The position numbers and the translations under genes were made by a program. The notes beneath the pieces are model-generated. The model was not told the origin of the DNA, did not search any database, and worked only from the letters and a program-made list of their open reading frames with translations. DNA of 64,000 nucleotides from Syntrophorhabdaceae bacterium (GTDB taxonomy: Bacteria; Desulfobacterota; Syntrophorhabdia; Syntrophorhabdales; Syntrophorhabdaceae), in NCBI GenBank assembly GCA_963665295.1, contig OY762209.1, positions 768,001 through 832,000 of the forward strand, given 5' to 3'. Shown piece by piece: positions 30,975-41,100 of the stretch; position 1 is the first letter of the stretch; every line of letters starts with the position of its first letter.

Positions 30975-33368
30975 CTACTTCCGCAAAATCAACTCGATTA
31001 CATCGTCCCGGTTCTTCGTTTCAGGGAACAACCGGACCTCGTCCAGCCCCAACGTGAAGCTGCACGCGATGAAGTCCGGATACAGCGCCGCCAGCCCCAT
31101 GGTCTGTTTCTTGAACTCTTCCGGCGGGATGCCAAACGCCGATAGCGGTGATACAACCTCCCCGTCGAACTCGGCCTCCATCATCTGGCGCACCGTGAAG
31201 GCACTGCGCCCGGCCTTCTGTGCCATCACATAAAGCCCGTAAAGAACTACCAGCGGATCCACCGAGCGCGAACGGCGCGTGAATCCGACCGTGAGCTTCC
31301 CTTTCTTTGTCAACTCACACACGCTATTTTCTTCCGTGCCGAACGGAGTCGAGACCAGCATATTCTTTAGCGCTTGCATTCCACCTTTTTTGGTCACACT
31401 CCTGATGTCATTTCCAAGCAAATCAAGCAGATCGGCATCCGTATAGGATACATCCATTTTTAGTGTACAGACCAGCCATTTCACCACGGGCGCATGGTTG
31501 CACAACCCCATCCAAACGAGGTCCCATGCCAATGAATCCTCCACGCCCCTTTTCTCAAATAGGTCAAGCAACTTTGTGGGCTCCGTCGTTTTTGGCTCCA
31601 TGAGCAATCCTTGACGAAACCACGCTTTTGCTGCCGGAACCTGCTTTGCACGGTTAAGCTGCGCCGTCTGGTCGAATGCCTCGCGTTCGGCGAGATAAAC
31701 GGAGACGAATTCCGTCCTAAGCCCGAAATTCTTATAAATGTTGATTCCACTAAGTGTTGAACCGCTGATTTCCGGCACTCTCATCGATCGATACCTCCAA
31801 CATCCTAAGTCCATGCTGTGACACCGCAGGCAATGGATACATTTTGTTTCATCAATTACCACCATGCCATTACTTGTTTGAAGCGCGCCCGTAGGGCATT
31901 CCGCTTCACAAGCCTGGCAGGCAACACACGCCACGGACTTCTGCAAGACCGTCCGCAAGACCGGCAAGACCCGCTTTCGTTCCGCATCGTCCGCAAACAA
32001 AACCCCGATTTTGCCAACATCGTTTGTAGATTCACCGATCTTGAACGAAACACCTTCGCTCCGTCCGTTTTTCAGCACCAGCCGGAAACGACCTTCTGAT
32101 TCATCTGTGAAGACATTTCCCACTGTTTTCAACCATTCCAAAAACGATGCAGCATTCAATTCTGGGCCGTACCATTCGACATTCAACCCTTCAGTTGCTT
32201 CAGCGGGACGTGAAAGGTATTCCTTCAACGTCACACCGCTTTTTCGTGCCTGCCAGTTTGAACTTCCGAGGAATTCTCGTGCTTCCTCTTCGGAAACAAA
32301 CTCTTTTGCGCTGGTTTCAATGATCGCGTCGCTGTATGGTTTGATCGCTTCCGGATAGACCGCGTCCACGAACCACGCATACTTTTCGGAAGATTCCGGG
32401 CACATCACGCACCCGACTCGGGACAGACCGTACCGGTAAGCACGGTTGATCATCAAATCATTGTCAAGCAGATAGAGCCACAATTCATGTGCACCCCAAT
32501 CTAGAATCGGCATCAGATTGGCTTGAGACGATGTCTTTACCCCTTCACCGATGTCTTCGTAAACGAATCGGCTCAAGCTCTCCTCCCTCCTAACGCCAAG
32601 AAACGCCGCCGCTTTGACCGATGTCACTCCTAACTTGTGTTTAAGCTCGATCAGCGCGGGCGCGCTCTTGTGAACAGAGCAACACCATCGGACTGACCGC
32701 GACGGCGGGCCGAAGAGCCGCCAGTTTTCCAATGCCGAGGTCTTTGCCGAAACCTTCAAAAACAAGCGACCATCGTAGCGGTTTTGGATTTCTTCCCAAA
32801 TGCGGTAGGTATCGGGTAGTTCCATATCTGTGTCACTGAAAACAACCGGTACGTCCAACGGTAGGACTTTGTGACACAGGTCGAGCAGAACCACCGAGTC
32901 CTTGCCTCCGCTGAAGCCGATATAAACCGTGTCGCATTTTTTCACGTAGGCGTCGTACATTTCCTTGATACGCTTGAGCGTGTCCACCACCAGCGCGGTC
33001 ATTATGTCACGGTTCTTTGCCACCATCGCATCAACATCTACGGGGTCCAGCCTCTTTCTTTTTCGTGACATCGCGCCTTCGACTGAGCCTTCATCTCCGC
33101 GTATCGTGTCCTTCCATTCGATGTCCAACGGCTTGCCGTAACGCGTTTTGTGAAGTCTCACGATTTCTTCGCCGTGATACAGGTATACGTTCTGCTTCGC
33201 CCAGAGGAGCGGACGCCTCTCCTCGGGATCGAATGCCAACTGCATCTCCAACCCTGTGAGCGCCAGTTCTTCGGCAAAGACCGGGCGGATTTCGCTCGCC
33301 ACGAACTTCCCTGTCTGCGTTATCAGGAGGTACCCACGCGTACGCTTGTCCCACTCGTAACTATACAT
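30975..33368 (-). CDS. brxP: BREX-4 BrxP: PAPS-reductase domain + 4Fe-4S dicluster + DUF4007-like C-terminus
   Basis: FSGGKDS, WCCSVHK, RVGCVMCP, CVACQACEAECP...CIHCLRC; start set at MYSYEWD. Confidence 0.88.
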   Translation of the reverse strand: MYSYEWDKRTRGYLLITQTGKFVASEIRPVFAEELALTGLEMQLAFDPEERRPLLWAKQNVYLYHGEEIVRLHKTRYGKPLDIEWKDTIRGDEGSVEGAMSRKRKRLDPVDVDAMVAKNRDIMTALVVDTLKRIKEMYDAYVKKCDTVYIGFSGGKDSVVLLDLCHKVLPLDVPVVFSDTDMELPDTYRIWEEIQNRYDGRLFLKVSAKTSALENWRLFGPPSRSVRWCCSVHKSAPALIELKHKLGVTSVKAAAFLGVRREESLSRFVYEDIGEGVKTSSQANLMPILDWGAHELWLYLLDNDLMINRAYRYGLSRVGCVMCPESSEKYAWFVDAVYPEAIKPYSDAIIETSAKEFVSEEEAREFLGSSNWQARKSGVTLKEYLSRPAEATEGLNVEWYGPELNAASFLEWLKTVGNVFTDESEGRFRLVLKNGRSEGVSFKIGESTNDVGKIGVLFADDAERKRVLPVLRTVLQKSVACVACQACEAECPTGALQTSNGMVVIDETKCIHCLRCHSMDLGCWRYRSMRVPEISGSTLSGINIYKNFGLRTEFVSVYLAEREAFDQTAQLNRAKQVPAAKAWFRQGLLMEPKTTEPTKLLDLFEKRGVEDSLAWDLVWMGLCNHAPVVKWLVCTLKMDVSYTDADLLDLLGNDIRSVTKKGGMQALKNMLVSTPFGTEENSVCELTKKGKLTVGFTRRSRSVDPLVVLYGLYVMAQKAGRSAFTVRQMMEAEFDGEVVSPLSAFGIPPEEFKKQTMGLAALYPDFIACSFTLGLDEVRLFPETKNRDDVIELILRK

Positions 33369-34782
33369 CCGCGCCCCTCCCCGGCACGATCCCGTTCTTT
33401 TCACAGATAGCAAAATAACGATGACGATTTCCAATGTATTGCCTCACGGTCGAAACCGCGAGACCACTCTCGCTTGCAATATTCTCGATGCCTTCTCCGC
33501 TTTCGACGCGTCTAGCCCACTCCGAGACACGCGGACTGGTGCCGGCGCTTCTGAGTAACCGCCAAGTCGACGACGATAACGGCCGCCCCTCTGCGCCGAT
33601 GATGCTGCCTTCCGCCTCCTGTACTGCAGCGGGTGGCGGCTTCTCCTCGGCCTGATATTCGTCCTGTTTATCGGCCCGCTCCAGCCGCAACCGCCTGTCC
33701 CACAGCGTTTCACCTTCGTAACTAAAACGGTAAAATCCATTTGCAGAAGAAATATTTAACAAGTGCATGGCCAATTTCGAAATCGCCCACGCCTCGCCGC
33801 CGTATTCCACTTGATTCGAATCATCTAGCACAGTGCAAGTGATACGGCGGTCCTTTGTGAGGACCAGTTCCGCGCCAACCGGCACACCAAGGTCACAGAA
33901 ACGCGTGTTCTGACTGCGCACACGTTTGCCCGGCGCGGACAAATCATTCGTTCTTACGCGACGTTTCCTCGTATTTGGAAAGACATCCTCCTCGCCTTGA
34001 TATTGTTTTGCACAGACGCGCATGAAGGCGCCGTTATCTGTCAGGGCGTAAACCTCGCGGAGACGTATACGATAGAACAAATTCAACGCGAATTCTAAAT
34101 TTGCGGCAGACACTTTCTCTTCCAACGCAACTAGCGTATCCACGGCGGTTGTCACTTTTTCCGAAAAATCCTCCGGCAGGTGGATCGCGTCCGTACTAAA
34201 CCAGCAGGGTACCCCGCCGACTTCCGCCGCATGGACTTCCGGCAGGAGTTGCATGCGGATGCCCTCTAGCGCCTCAGCGGTCAGGTGCGGCATCGCCGCT
34301 TCGATTTCATGGAAGGTCATCGTGCCATCCGCCTCTTCAAGCCATTCGGCGATCGTTTCCGAGATTGCCGCCAGACTATCATCCAGGCTAGGTGGGGGCT
34401 GTAAACAAAAACAACCCTCCTTTTGCCACTCCTCGACCGTGAAACCCAAATGCCTCAGAAGTATTGCACAATCCTCAGGCGTGGCAATATGGGGGAGGGT
34501 ACCGCAAAAGCTTCCAAACAGCCGTTTGACCGAAAAGCAACCGTGTTCCACTAGCCATTCGATGGCCTGCCCTTCGAGTGCCAACCGGGCCTCATCGTCC
34601 AAAATCATCTCACGGGAAAACCACAACCCGTTCGCCAGTTCGAACATCTCAGTTTTCAGGTCTTCGATCTGCGAATCCTCGAACGGAACTCTTTGCCGCA
34701 AGAGCCGCACCGCCATCGGATCGAACGACACACCGTTGGGGCATTCCCGCATCAATGCCGCCAAAAGCTCAGCAGTCGTCAT
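33361..34782 (-). CDS. Hypothetical protein with RAMA-like domain and C-terminal HTH
   Basis: F.DLGVPVGAEL...VEYGGE...IS.LA..LL...NGF..FSYEGETL; tail IENIASESGLAVSTVRQY; overlaps the brxP start. Confidence 0.55.
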   Translation of the reverse strand: MTTAELLAALMRECPNGVSFDPMAVRLLRQRVPFEDSQIEDLKTEMFELANGLWFSREMILDDEARLALEGQAIEWLVEHGCFSVKRLFGSFCGTLPHIATPEDCAILLRHLGFTVEEWQKEGCFCLQPPPSLDDSLAAISETIAEWLEEADGTMTFHEIEAAMPHLTAEALEGIRMQLLPEVHAAEVGGVPCWFSTDAIHLPEDFSEKVTTAVDTLVALEEKVSAANLEFALNLFYRIRLREVYALTDNGAFMRVCAKQYQGEEDVFPNTRKRRVRTNDLSAPGKRVRSQNTRFCDLGVPVGAELVLTKDRRITCTVLDDSNQVEYGGEAWAISKLAMHLLNISSANGFYRFSYEGETLWDRRLRLERADKQDEYQAEEKPPPAAVQEAEGSIIGAEGRPLSSSTWRLLRSAGTSPRVSEWARRVESGEGIENIASESGLAVSTVRQYIGNRHRYFAICEKNGIVPGRGADV

Positions 34783-35609
34783 GCCGCCCTCCATTCGTGG
34801 ATCAGCAAGCATGGCATCAGATCGCATAAATAAACAAGGCTGTCTTTTCGATTCGGTGACATTGGAAAACCTTTCTAAAGCCCTGTCCTTTCCTCGCTCT
34901 TGTGTTTATTTCTGCACGGAGCGTCTTCGTTTAAATCACAGAGAAACACAGGTGGACGACCACTTTGCCTTATTAGTTCGGTGCTAATCTGTGGTTCTGA
35001 ACTATCTCCTTCGTTTTGAATGACCCCTCGATCCTCACCCAACACACCCAGTCATTCTTCTTTTTTACGGTCTTTTATGTCTATCGCGGTAAATGATTTT
35101 CTACTCGTTCGTGGCAACCGCTCATGCCGGGTCCTAACGGTTCCGGCAACGGCACACGGAAATCATATTTGCCTGTAGTGTAAAATGCAAACACATTCTG
35201 AGGCTCAACATGAATATTGAACTTGGAGATTTTATCCATACCACGACTTGTTCTGCCCTTCTTGAGCAAGATGACGGAATGCTGAAGATCCACGTCTGCC
35301 GTGACCCCTGCACAAGCATTTTCATTATATCTGATGAAACCTAGCCTTTGTCTCAGGTTGTACCACATATTTCCGGATATGACAACTTTTGTTAAAACTA
35401 TAACGAGAACTATCAATTAGGTCACAATATTAACAGGTCAAGGGTACATAGTAAACGATGCGACCTATTCAGAACAGGGAAAACGATCCTTCATTAAACT
35501 CTTCATCGGGGCATAGAGGTGAACTACAAGAAGCCTCGTCTCTAAAAGTCTGATCCCTCCCACAAGGCCTGTCTCTGCCAGTCACAAGGCGGTCAACGAA
35601 GAGAAACCT

Positions 35610-35786
35610 TTCTCGCTCCCCAGCGGTCTGCCTCCTCGCACTCGCCACGCCGCGTACGTCATGTCGCGATGCAGGGAGTCACTATTCAATTCCGGATGCC
35701 CTTCTCCTTTCTTTCCCCGAGGCTTTGTGAGGGAAAGAAAGTTTTTTTAAGGGGAAATACCCCTAAATTCCTGCAAGGAGGGCACT
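35610..35786 (+). promoter_or_regulatory. Conserved structured leader, copy 2
   Basis: Homologous to 11542..11725. Confidence 0.8.
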
Positions 35787-36620
35787 ATGAATACTGATTC
35801 AAGATTGGTTTCCATGACACTCGACCAGGTGCGCGCCGCTGCACCTTCCGTATTTGCGGATCACCCGTGGGAAGGGGTTTCAGAGAGATATGCTTTTATC
35901 CCTACCTCGTCGGTGGTTGAATCCCTTACAGCCGAGGGATGGAATATCACAGCGGCAAAACAACAAAGGGTACTCTTGGAGGATAGAAAAGCCTTTACCC
36001 GCCATATGCTGCGGTTTCGCCGGGATGATGCCCTTACTCTGGCCGTAGGAGATGTCTTCCCCGAGATAGCCCTTACCAACTCCCATGACAGAGGTTCGGC
36101 TTACCGGATGGATGCCGGATTATTCCGTCTCGTATGCACCAACGGCCTTGTGGTGGACGACGCCACTTTCGCAAGACTTTCTATCAGACACGCAGGGAAC
36201 GTGCTTGATGATGTCCGAAAGGGAGCGGACGACATTGCAAAAGAACTTCCAAGGATCATGGGAGAGGTCCGCGACATGCAGACCATAGAGCTTAGCCCTG
36301 ACGAAAGAGGAGTATTCGCAAAAGCCGCCATGTCCCTTAAATTTGATGAGTCGATACCCGTTGAACCGTACCAGGTCCTTGCCGCAAGGCGATATGGTGA
36401 TCAAAACTCAGACTTGTGGACCACTTTCAACGTAATCCAGGAAAACGTAACGAAGGGCGGCTTAAGGTATGTACTCCCCGCCCACACCACCGAGGACGGC
36501 ACCCGCGTTCGAGCCAGAAGAGCAAGGACCCGAGAGGTCAAAAGTATCCGGGAAGACACGAAGCTCAACAAGGCCCTTTGGATGCTGGCCGAGGAGATGA
36601 AACGGTTGAAGGTGGTCTGA
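35787..36620 (+). CDS. DUF932/DUF945 family protein (plasmid leading-region type)
   Basis: AAPSVFA, S.RYAFIPT, HMLRFR, NSHD.GSAY...AGLFRLVCTNGL, DLWTTFNVIQEN, LNKALW.LAE. Confidence 0.92.
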   Translation: MNTDSRLVSMTLDQVRAAAPSVFADHPWEGVSERYAFIPTSSVVESLTAEGWNITAAKQQRVLLEDRKAFTRHMLRFRRDDALTLAVGDVFPEIALTNSHDRGSAYRMDAGLFRLVCTNGLVVDDATFARLSIRHAGNVLDDVRKGADDIAKELPRIMGEVRDMQTIELSPDERGVFAKAAMSLKFDESIPVEPYQVLAARRYGDQNSDLWTTFNVIQENVTKGGLRYVLPAHTTEDGTRVRARRARTREVKSIREDTKLNKALWMLAEEMKRLKVV

Positions 36621-36625
36621 CTATA

Positions 36626-36662
36626 AGCCCACCCGTGGGCATTGTACGCGGGCCGGACCCTT
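36626..36662 (+). repeat. Conserved trailer repeat, copy 2
   Basis: AGCCCACCCGTGGGCATTGTACGCGGGCCGGACCCTT resembles 14191..14227. Confidence 0.65.
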
Positions 36663-37183
36663 ACGGGTCCGTAGTCTAGGCCTAAGATCCGCGCACACAA
36701 TACCAAGCGAGACCTAGGAGGGAAAGCCGATCTGTCTGCGCCGAGGTTTCCAGAAGGGGGTTTTGGTGTGTCCGAACCGTGACACGGATGACTGAAAAAC
36801 ACTGGACTAAACGGGGAGAATGAAAATTAATGCTCCGATGACGAATCCGTCACAAAAATCAAAATAGTTAGGCTCTTTAGCTGCAGTAGCAAACTAATGG
36901 GCTTAGATCGTTGCAAAAGCGAAATACGGATTGAATTTTACCGTTTGTTACATTTTTGCTTGAACTAAAATATCGAATGTATGATAATCACCAATAGTAT
37001 AATAAGAGCTATTAGCGTGGGAAAAGGGCGGAAAGGTTCAAAGAGCTAACATACCCCCGACCTTTCCCATCCGTTACACCTGCCGAGACCAGGCCAAAAA
37101 AAAGGTTGAGCAGCAGAGGACCGGGCTGTTGTTGTGCTGATCAAATAGTCTACTGCTGAACGTGCTTGTTTCCGGGAGTTGGG

Positions 37184-37236
37184 GTCTGCTGATAGAGGAG
37201 TCGTTTTTCCTCTATCAGCAGACAGAATCCTTTTTT
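37184..37236 (+). terminator. Perfect 16-bp hairpin, possible terminator/attenuator upstream of PRTase
   Basis: GTCTGCTGATAGAGGA-N8-TCCTCTATCAGCAGAC followed by AGAATCCTTTTTT. Confidence 0.55.
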
Positions 37237-37420
37237 CCTTAAAGTCCGTTTCTAAGAGAAACCTGTTTGCTCACGTCGATCTTCTTTTTTGGGGTCTCGA
37301 GAGACGTGCCGTAACGGACAAAGAGAAAGGCGGATCGGGCAACCAGATGTTGCTTTGTTGGTTGGGGAGTTCTCTGCGGCAGATCGTCTATTCGGTGATC
37401 CGAAACAACGAGGATGCTCG

Positions 37421-38020
37421 ATGGAAACAGTACTGACGATAGTCTTTGGTATTATTGGTGGCGTTGGCGCAGCGCTCACCGTCTACTACGGCCGAAAATC
37501 AGCTCGTCTTGAGCGCGAGCGTGAGACGCTCTCTTGGAATGACGTGCAACTCGCCGCTGACGACCTCGCAGAGGACATCCGCAAAAGCCGGTTCCAACCG
37601 CAATTCATACTTGCTCTTAACACACGTGGCGGAATTATTGCCGAATTTGTCGCGCAGAATATGGCCGATTCTTTGCCCATAGTGGTGGGCATTACGGAGT
37701 GGAGAGATTTTGGCTATAATGCATATGATCTGAAGCAGTACGATTCGTTTGAAACAACCAAATGGCGCGTATCCATCCCTTTAACGGTCTATGACAATAC
37801 AGACAAGAACGTATTGATTGTAGATGATCTGGTCATGTCCGGAGATGCGATGGAGGAAGCCCGGAAAAGACTTGCGGAGAGGGGATTTACGAAAGATGCA
37901 ATCAGGACTGCCGCCATTGTAGTCACCGACGTGGCAATCAAAACCCATAAGGCGCCGGACTACCATTGGCGCCAGACTGATTCGTCGAGTTTCTATTTTC
38001 CATGGGGTAAAGCACGTTGA
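37421..38020 (+). CDS. Type I phosphoribosyltransferase with N-terminal transmembrane helix
   Basis: PRPP-binding VLIVDDLVMSG; Gpt-like SW.D..., RGG and terminal FPW; hydrophobic N-terminus VLTIVFGIIGGVGAALTVYY. Confidence 0.88.
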   Translation: METVLTIVFGIIGGVGAALTVYYGRKSARLERERETLSWNDVQLAADDLAEDIRKSRFQPQFILALNTRGGIIAEFVAQNMADSLPIVVGITEWRDFGYNAYDLKQYDSFETTKWRVSIPLTVYDNTDKNVLIVDDLVMSGDAMEEARKRLAERGFTKDAIRTAAIVVTDVAIKTHKAPDYHWRQTDSSSFYFPWGKAR

Positions 38021-38139
38021 GGCTAAAGAGGTGTTTGATCCAAGTAGATACGGTGAACCCTCTGATAAATCCTGCCCGGAAAAGACTTGCTCCGCTGCAG
38101 TCATGTCGTGGACTCAAATAATTGAGAGGGAGGGGTTGA

Positions 38140-41100
38140 ATGGACTCAGATGAAGTGAACTTCGAGATGAACGATGATAGGCACAGGGCTGTTTGGGACC
38201 AATTTTGTAACGGCGATCCAGGCCAAATAGATTTCAAGAACTATCAGAGTGTCCTTGAGACTCTCCTTGAAGACACCGATGCCGATCTGTACCCACAGTA
38301 TCGTAAGATCAAGGAGTTGATGCATGATGCGTACGAAAACGAGGATTTGCGCCTCCACTTTATCGACAAGAAGGATCATTCTCACGAAAATCGTATCCTC
38401 AATTATCTGGACAGATTCCTGTTTGAAGCCGGCCCCGTCGATGAAGCAGGAAAGTCCTTCCCCGTAGTAAAGCTTACGCCGGAACGCATCTTTGTGCTCC
38501 TCTGCGCAGTACAACTCCACGATTATGGCAAAACCCGCTGGCAGCTAACGATCTACTCCTTGATTAAGGACGTTGCGGATTGCATGAAGGATAATGATAA
38601 CAAATTATTCGTCAAGTACAACGAAAATGGTCAGATTCTTTTGACTATAAAGGCCAGGGCCAAGGATTTGCACGACGAAACCGAACAGTCTGACCTAAAG
38701 AATCTGGCGAAGCAGTTATCGGATCTCCACAGCTTGATGGATGCGGTCGATATAAATGACCTGGACATAGATGCTTTTGGACGCATAGAGGACTACCATT
38801 CGCACAACATACGCCATTTCTTGGACGCGATCATTGAGGCCAAAGACCCGAAGAAGCTGAAAAAGGGCTTCAAGGGAAAAGATTTTGTCCTTAGACATAT
38901 TATTCCAGGTGGCACTGATGAGGATAAGGCAGAAGCGAAGCTGGTCGACCACTTGGGCTCCTTAGACAATAAGCATCTGGAAAGGATCAAGTCCATAGCG
39001 AGTGCCCATAAACCCTTCAAGCGTCGTGAAGGCAAGGATGGGGTGGAAGACTGGTACTATAATCAAGCGGAAGACGAAGACAGATGGCTTTGCGCTTTGC
39101 TGCGCCTTTGCGACTCCCTCGACATGGACAGACGGAGAGTGATCGAGAAGAAAAAGAGAGATCTCACCTATCTGCTCGATGAATACTATAAACAGAAAAC
39201 GCCTAATGGAGAGGTGGTGGACGATAACAGGTTGCGCGTTTTTGCTATCTGGACCAGGTTTCTGTTGGTAAAGGAAATAGGCATTCTCCATTCGAACGAA
39301 GACAAGAAGAAACACCGTATTGACATATTGCTAACCTACTATCAATTCCCGAACGCAGACAAGTATTTCTTCCCCCTCCGTCACATGGTCGAAAAGGATT
39401 TCATGAATAAGAAATTCCTGCTCGACATACTGGATGATGGCCAGGGAAAGACAGGGGGTCTGAGAATAAACCTAATGTACCGTATTCTCATGGAAGAAAA
39501 CCCGGACTATCCGGCCATCAATATAGATGACAGAATGGGTAAAATATTCGAGAAGGCTGCGAACAAACATCCGACCCCGGATATCCGCGAGAATGGTGAG
39601 CCCGACAACCCGGTGAGAAAACACTTTACCCCGATCTCGGAAGACGATCTAAGGTTCGTAGCCTTTGAGCGTGACGCCATTGAGCTGATCGGTGAACCTG
39701 ACGAAGACAAGAAGTATCTTTATCTTCCCAACTCTCTCAACCTCTATTCTTTTCTTAACCATTTCAAGGACGGCGATAGGATATCGCCCGAACCGCTGTC
39801 GAGACACCTCTTTTCCAATTCCAAGGTAAATCCACTCAGTCATAACTATCTAAGAGACAATATAATTCGCCAGGCTGGCAATCTTCAGGAATACGTATTT
39901 GATGGACGCGTGCTGGAGATCATGGGTCCTCTTTTCCGCGTCGCGTATCGTCATCCTATTCTCCTTAAGAGCAAGATTGATGAAATAGAGAAGTTTCAGC
40001 ACATTATGCCATTCTCTAGAATGGATGGACCGAAACGTATTTCCAGCGGGATACCCGGCCTTCAGGAAGTGATCTCAGATTCGGAAGCTGGGGGAGGGAT
40101 AGTGCATTCAAGAAACATCCTGATTAAGGGCGGACCAGGAACGGGCAAAACGACAATAGCACTCCAGATCTTTCAGGAGAACTTGAAAGATAACTACCCA
40201 AGGTTCGCCGGGAGGCAGGTCCTTTATATAACCTTTGAAGAAAATCCGACGAGGATTGAGACGGAGTGCCGCAAGTGCTTTGGATGGTCAATCGAAAAAC
40301 ACCGGATATTGCAGCTCAGGATGAAGGAAGGCAACTTCCAGATGAGCGCTTCACAAGATTTACATTCAGAAGAAAACGCCAGGTTGGCTGCCAAGATTTT
40401 CATGAACATCGTGGATGACTACCATGCGGAAGTATTGTTTGTCGACAGCCTGAACCAGCTCTGCTCATTCTTGAGGAGTAAGGAGATTGATGGCAAGAAG
40501 GCGATAAAGTACATATTTGATGAGATGGAAATGCAGCACATAACTGCCTTCTATCTCCTTGAAGACGAAGAAGAAAACAGTTTTGAAGAGTACGCCGCGG
40601 ACGGGATCATCTATCTTGAAAACAAGAGGGGCAAAAGAACACTGGAAATACGTAAGTTGAGGATGCAGAAGTTCGTCCCAGGCAAGCACAGCTTCAGAAT
40701 AATGGATACCGCCGCACTAAAGGGTAAGCAGGAGATCGAAAGTAAGTGGCTGCAGCCGGGGGTCAATCTTTTTCCCAACGTAGAAACCTATGCCGAGCGG
40801 ACGTACGCCGAAATACCTCACGATTCAAGCCAGCGGATAGTCAAGACCGGCATCGAGGGGCTCGATGGACTGCTCCCCATTTCACCTGAGAGACCAAAGG
40901 AGGGGGGCTATCTCAGGGGCAGCGTTGTTCTCGTCATAGGAAGCCCCGGCAGTGGCAAAACAATATTCGGACTACAATTCGCCAAGCAGGGGATAATGGA
41001 GAAGAAGGAAGAGGGGAAATGCCTTTGGATCAGCTTTGAGGGCGGAAGAGCTGAGCTCCAGTTTGCTGTCGGGAGATTTCACCCGGGCCTCAGATTTAAC

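Noticed and set aside
30975..33368. Sulfate-assimilation cysH
   Set aside because: The extra domains and the brxC-pglZ-brxL context indicate BREX-4 BrxP.
35081..35416. ORF upstream of the BREX operon
   Set aside because: No RBS or motifs; AT-rich probable promoter region.
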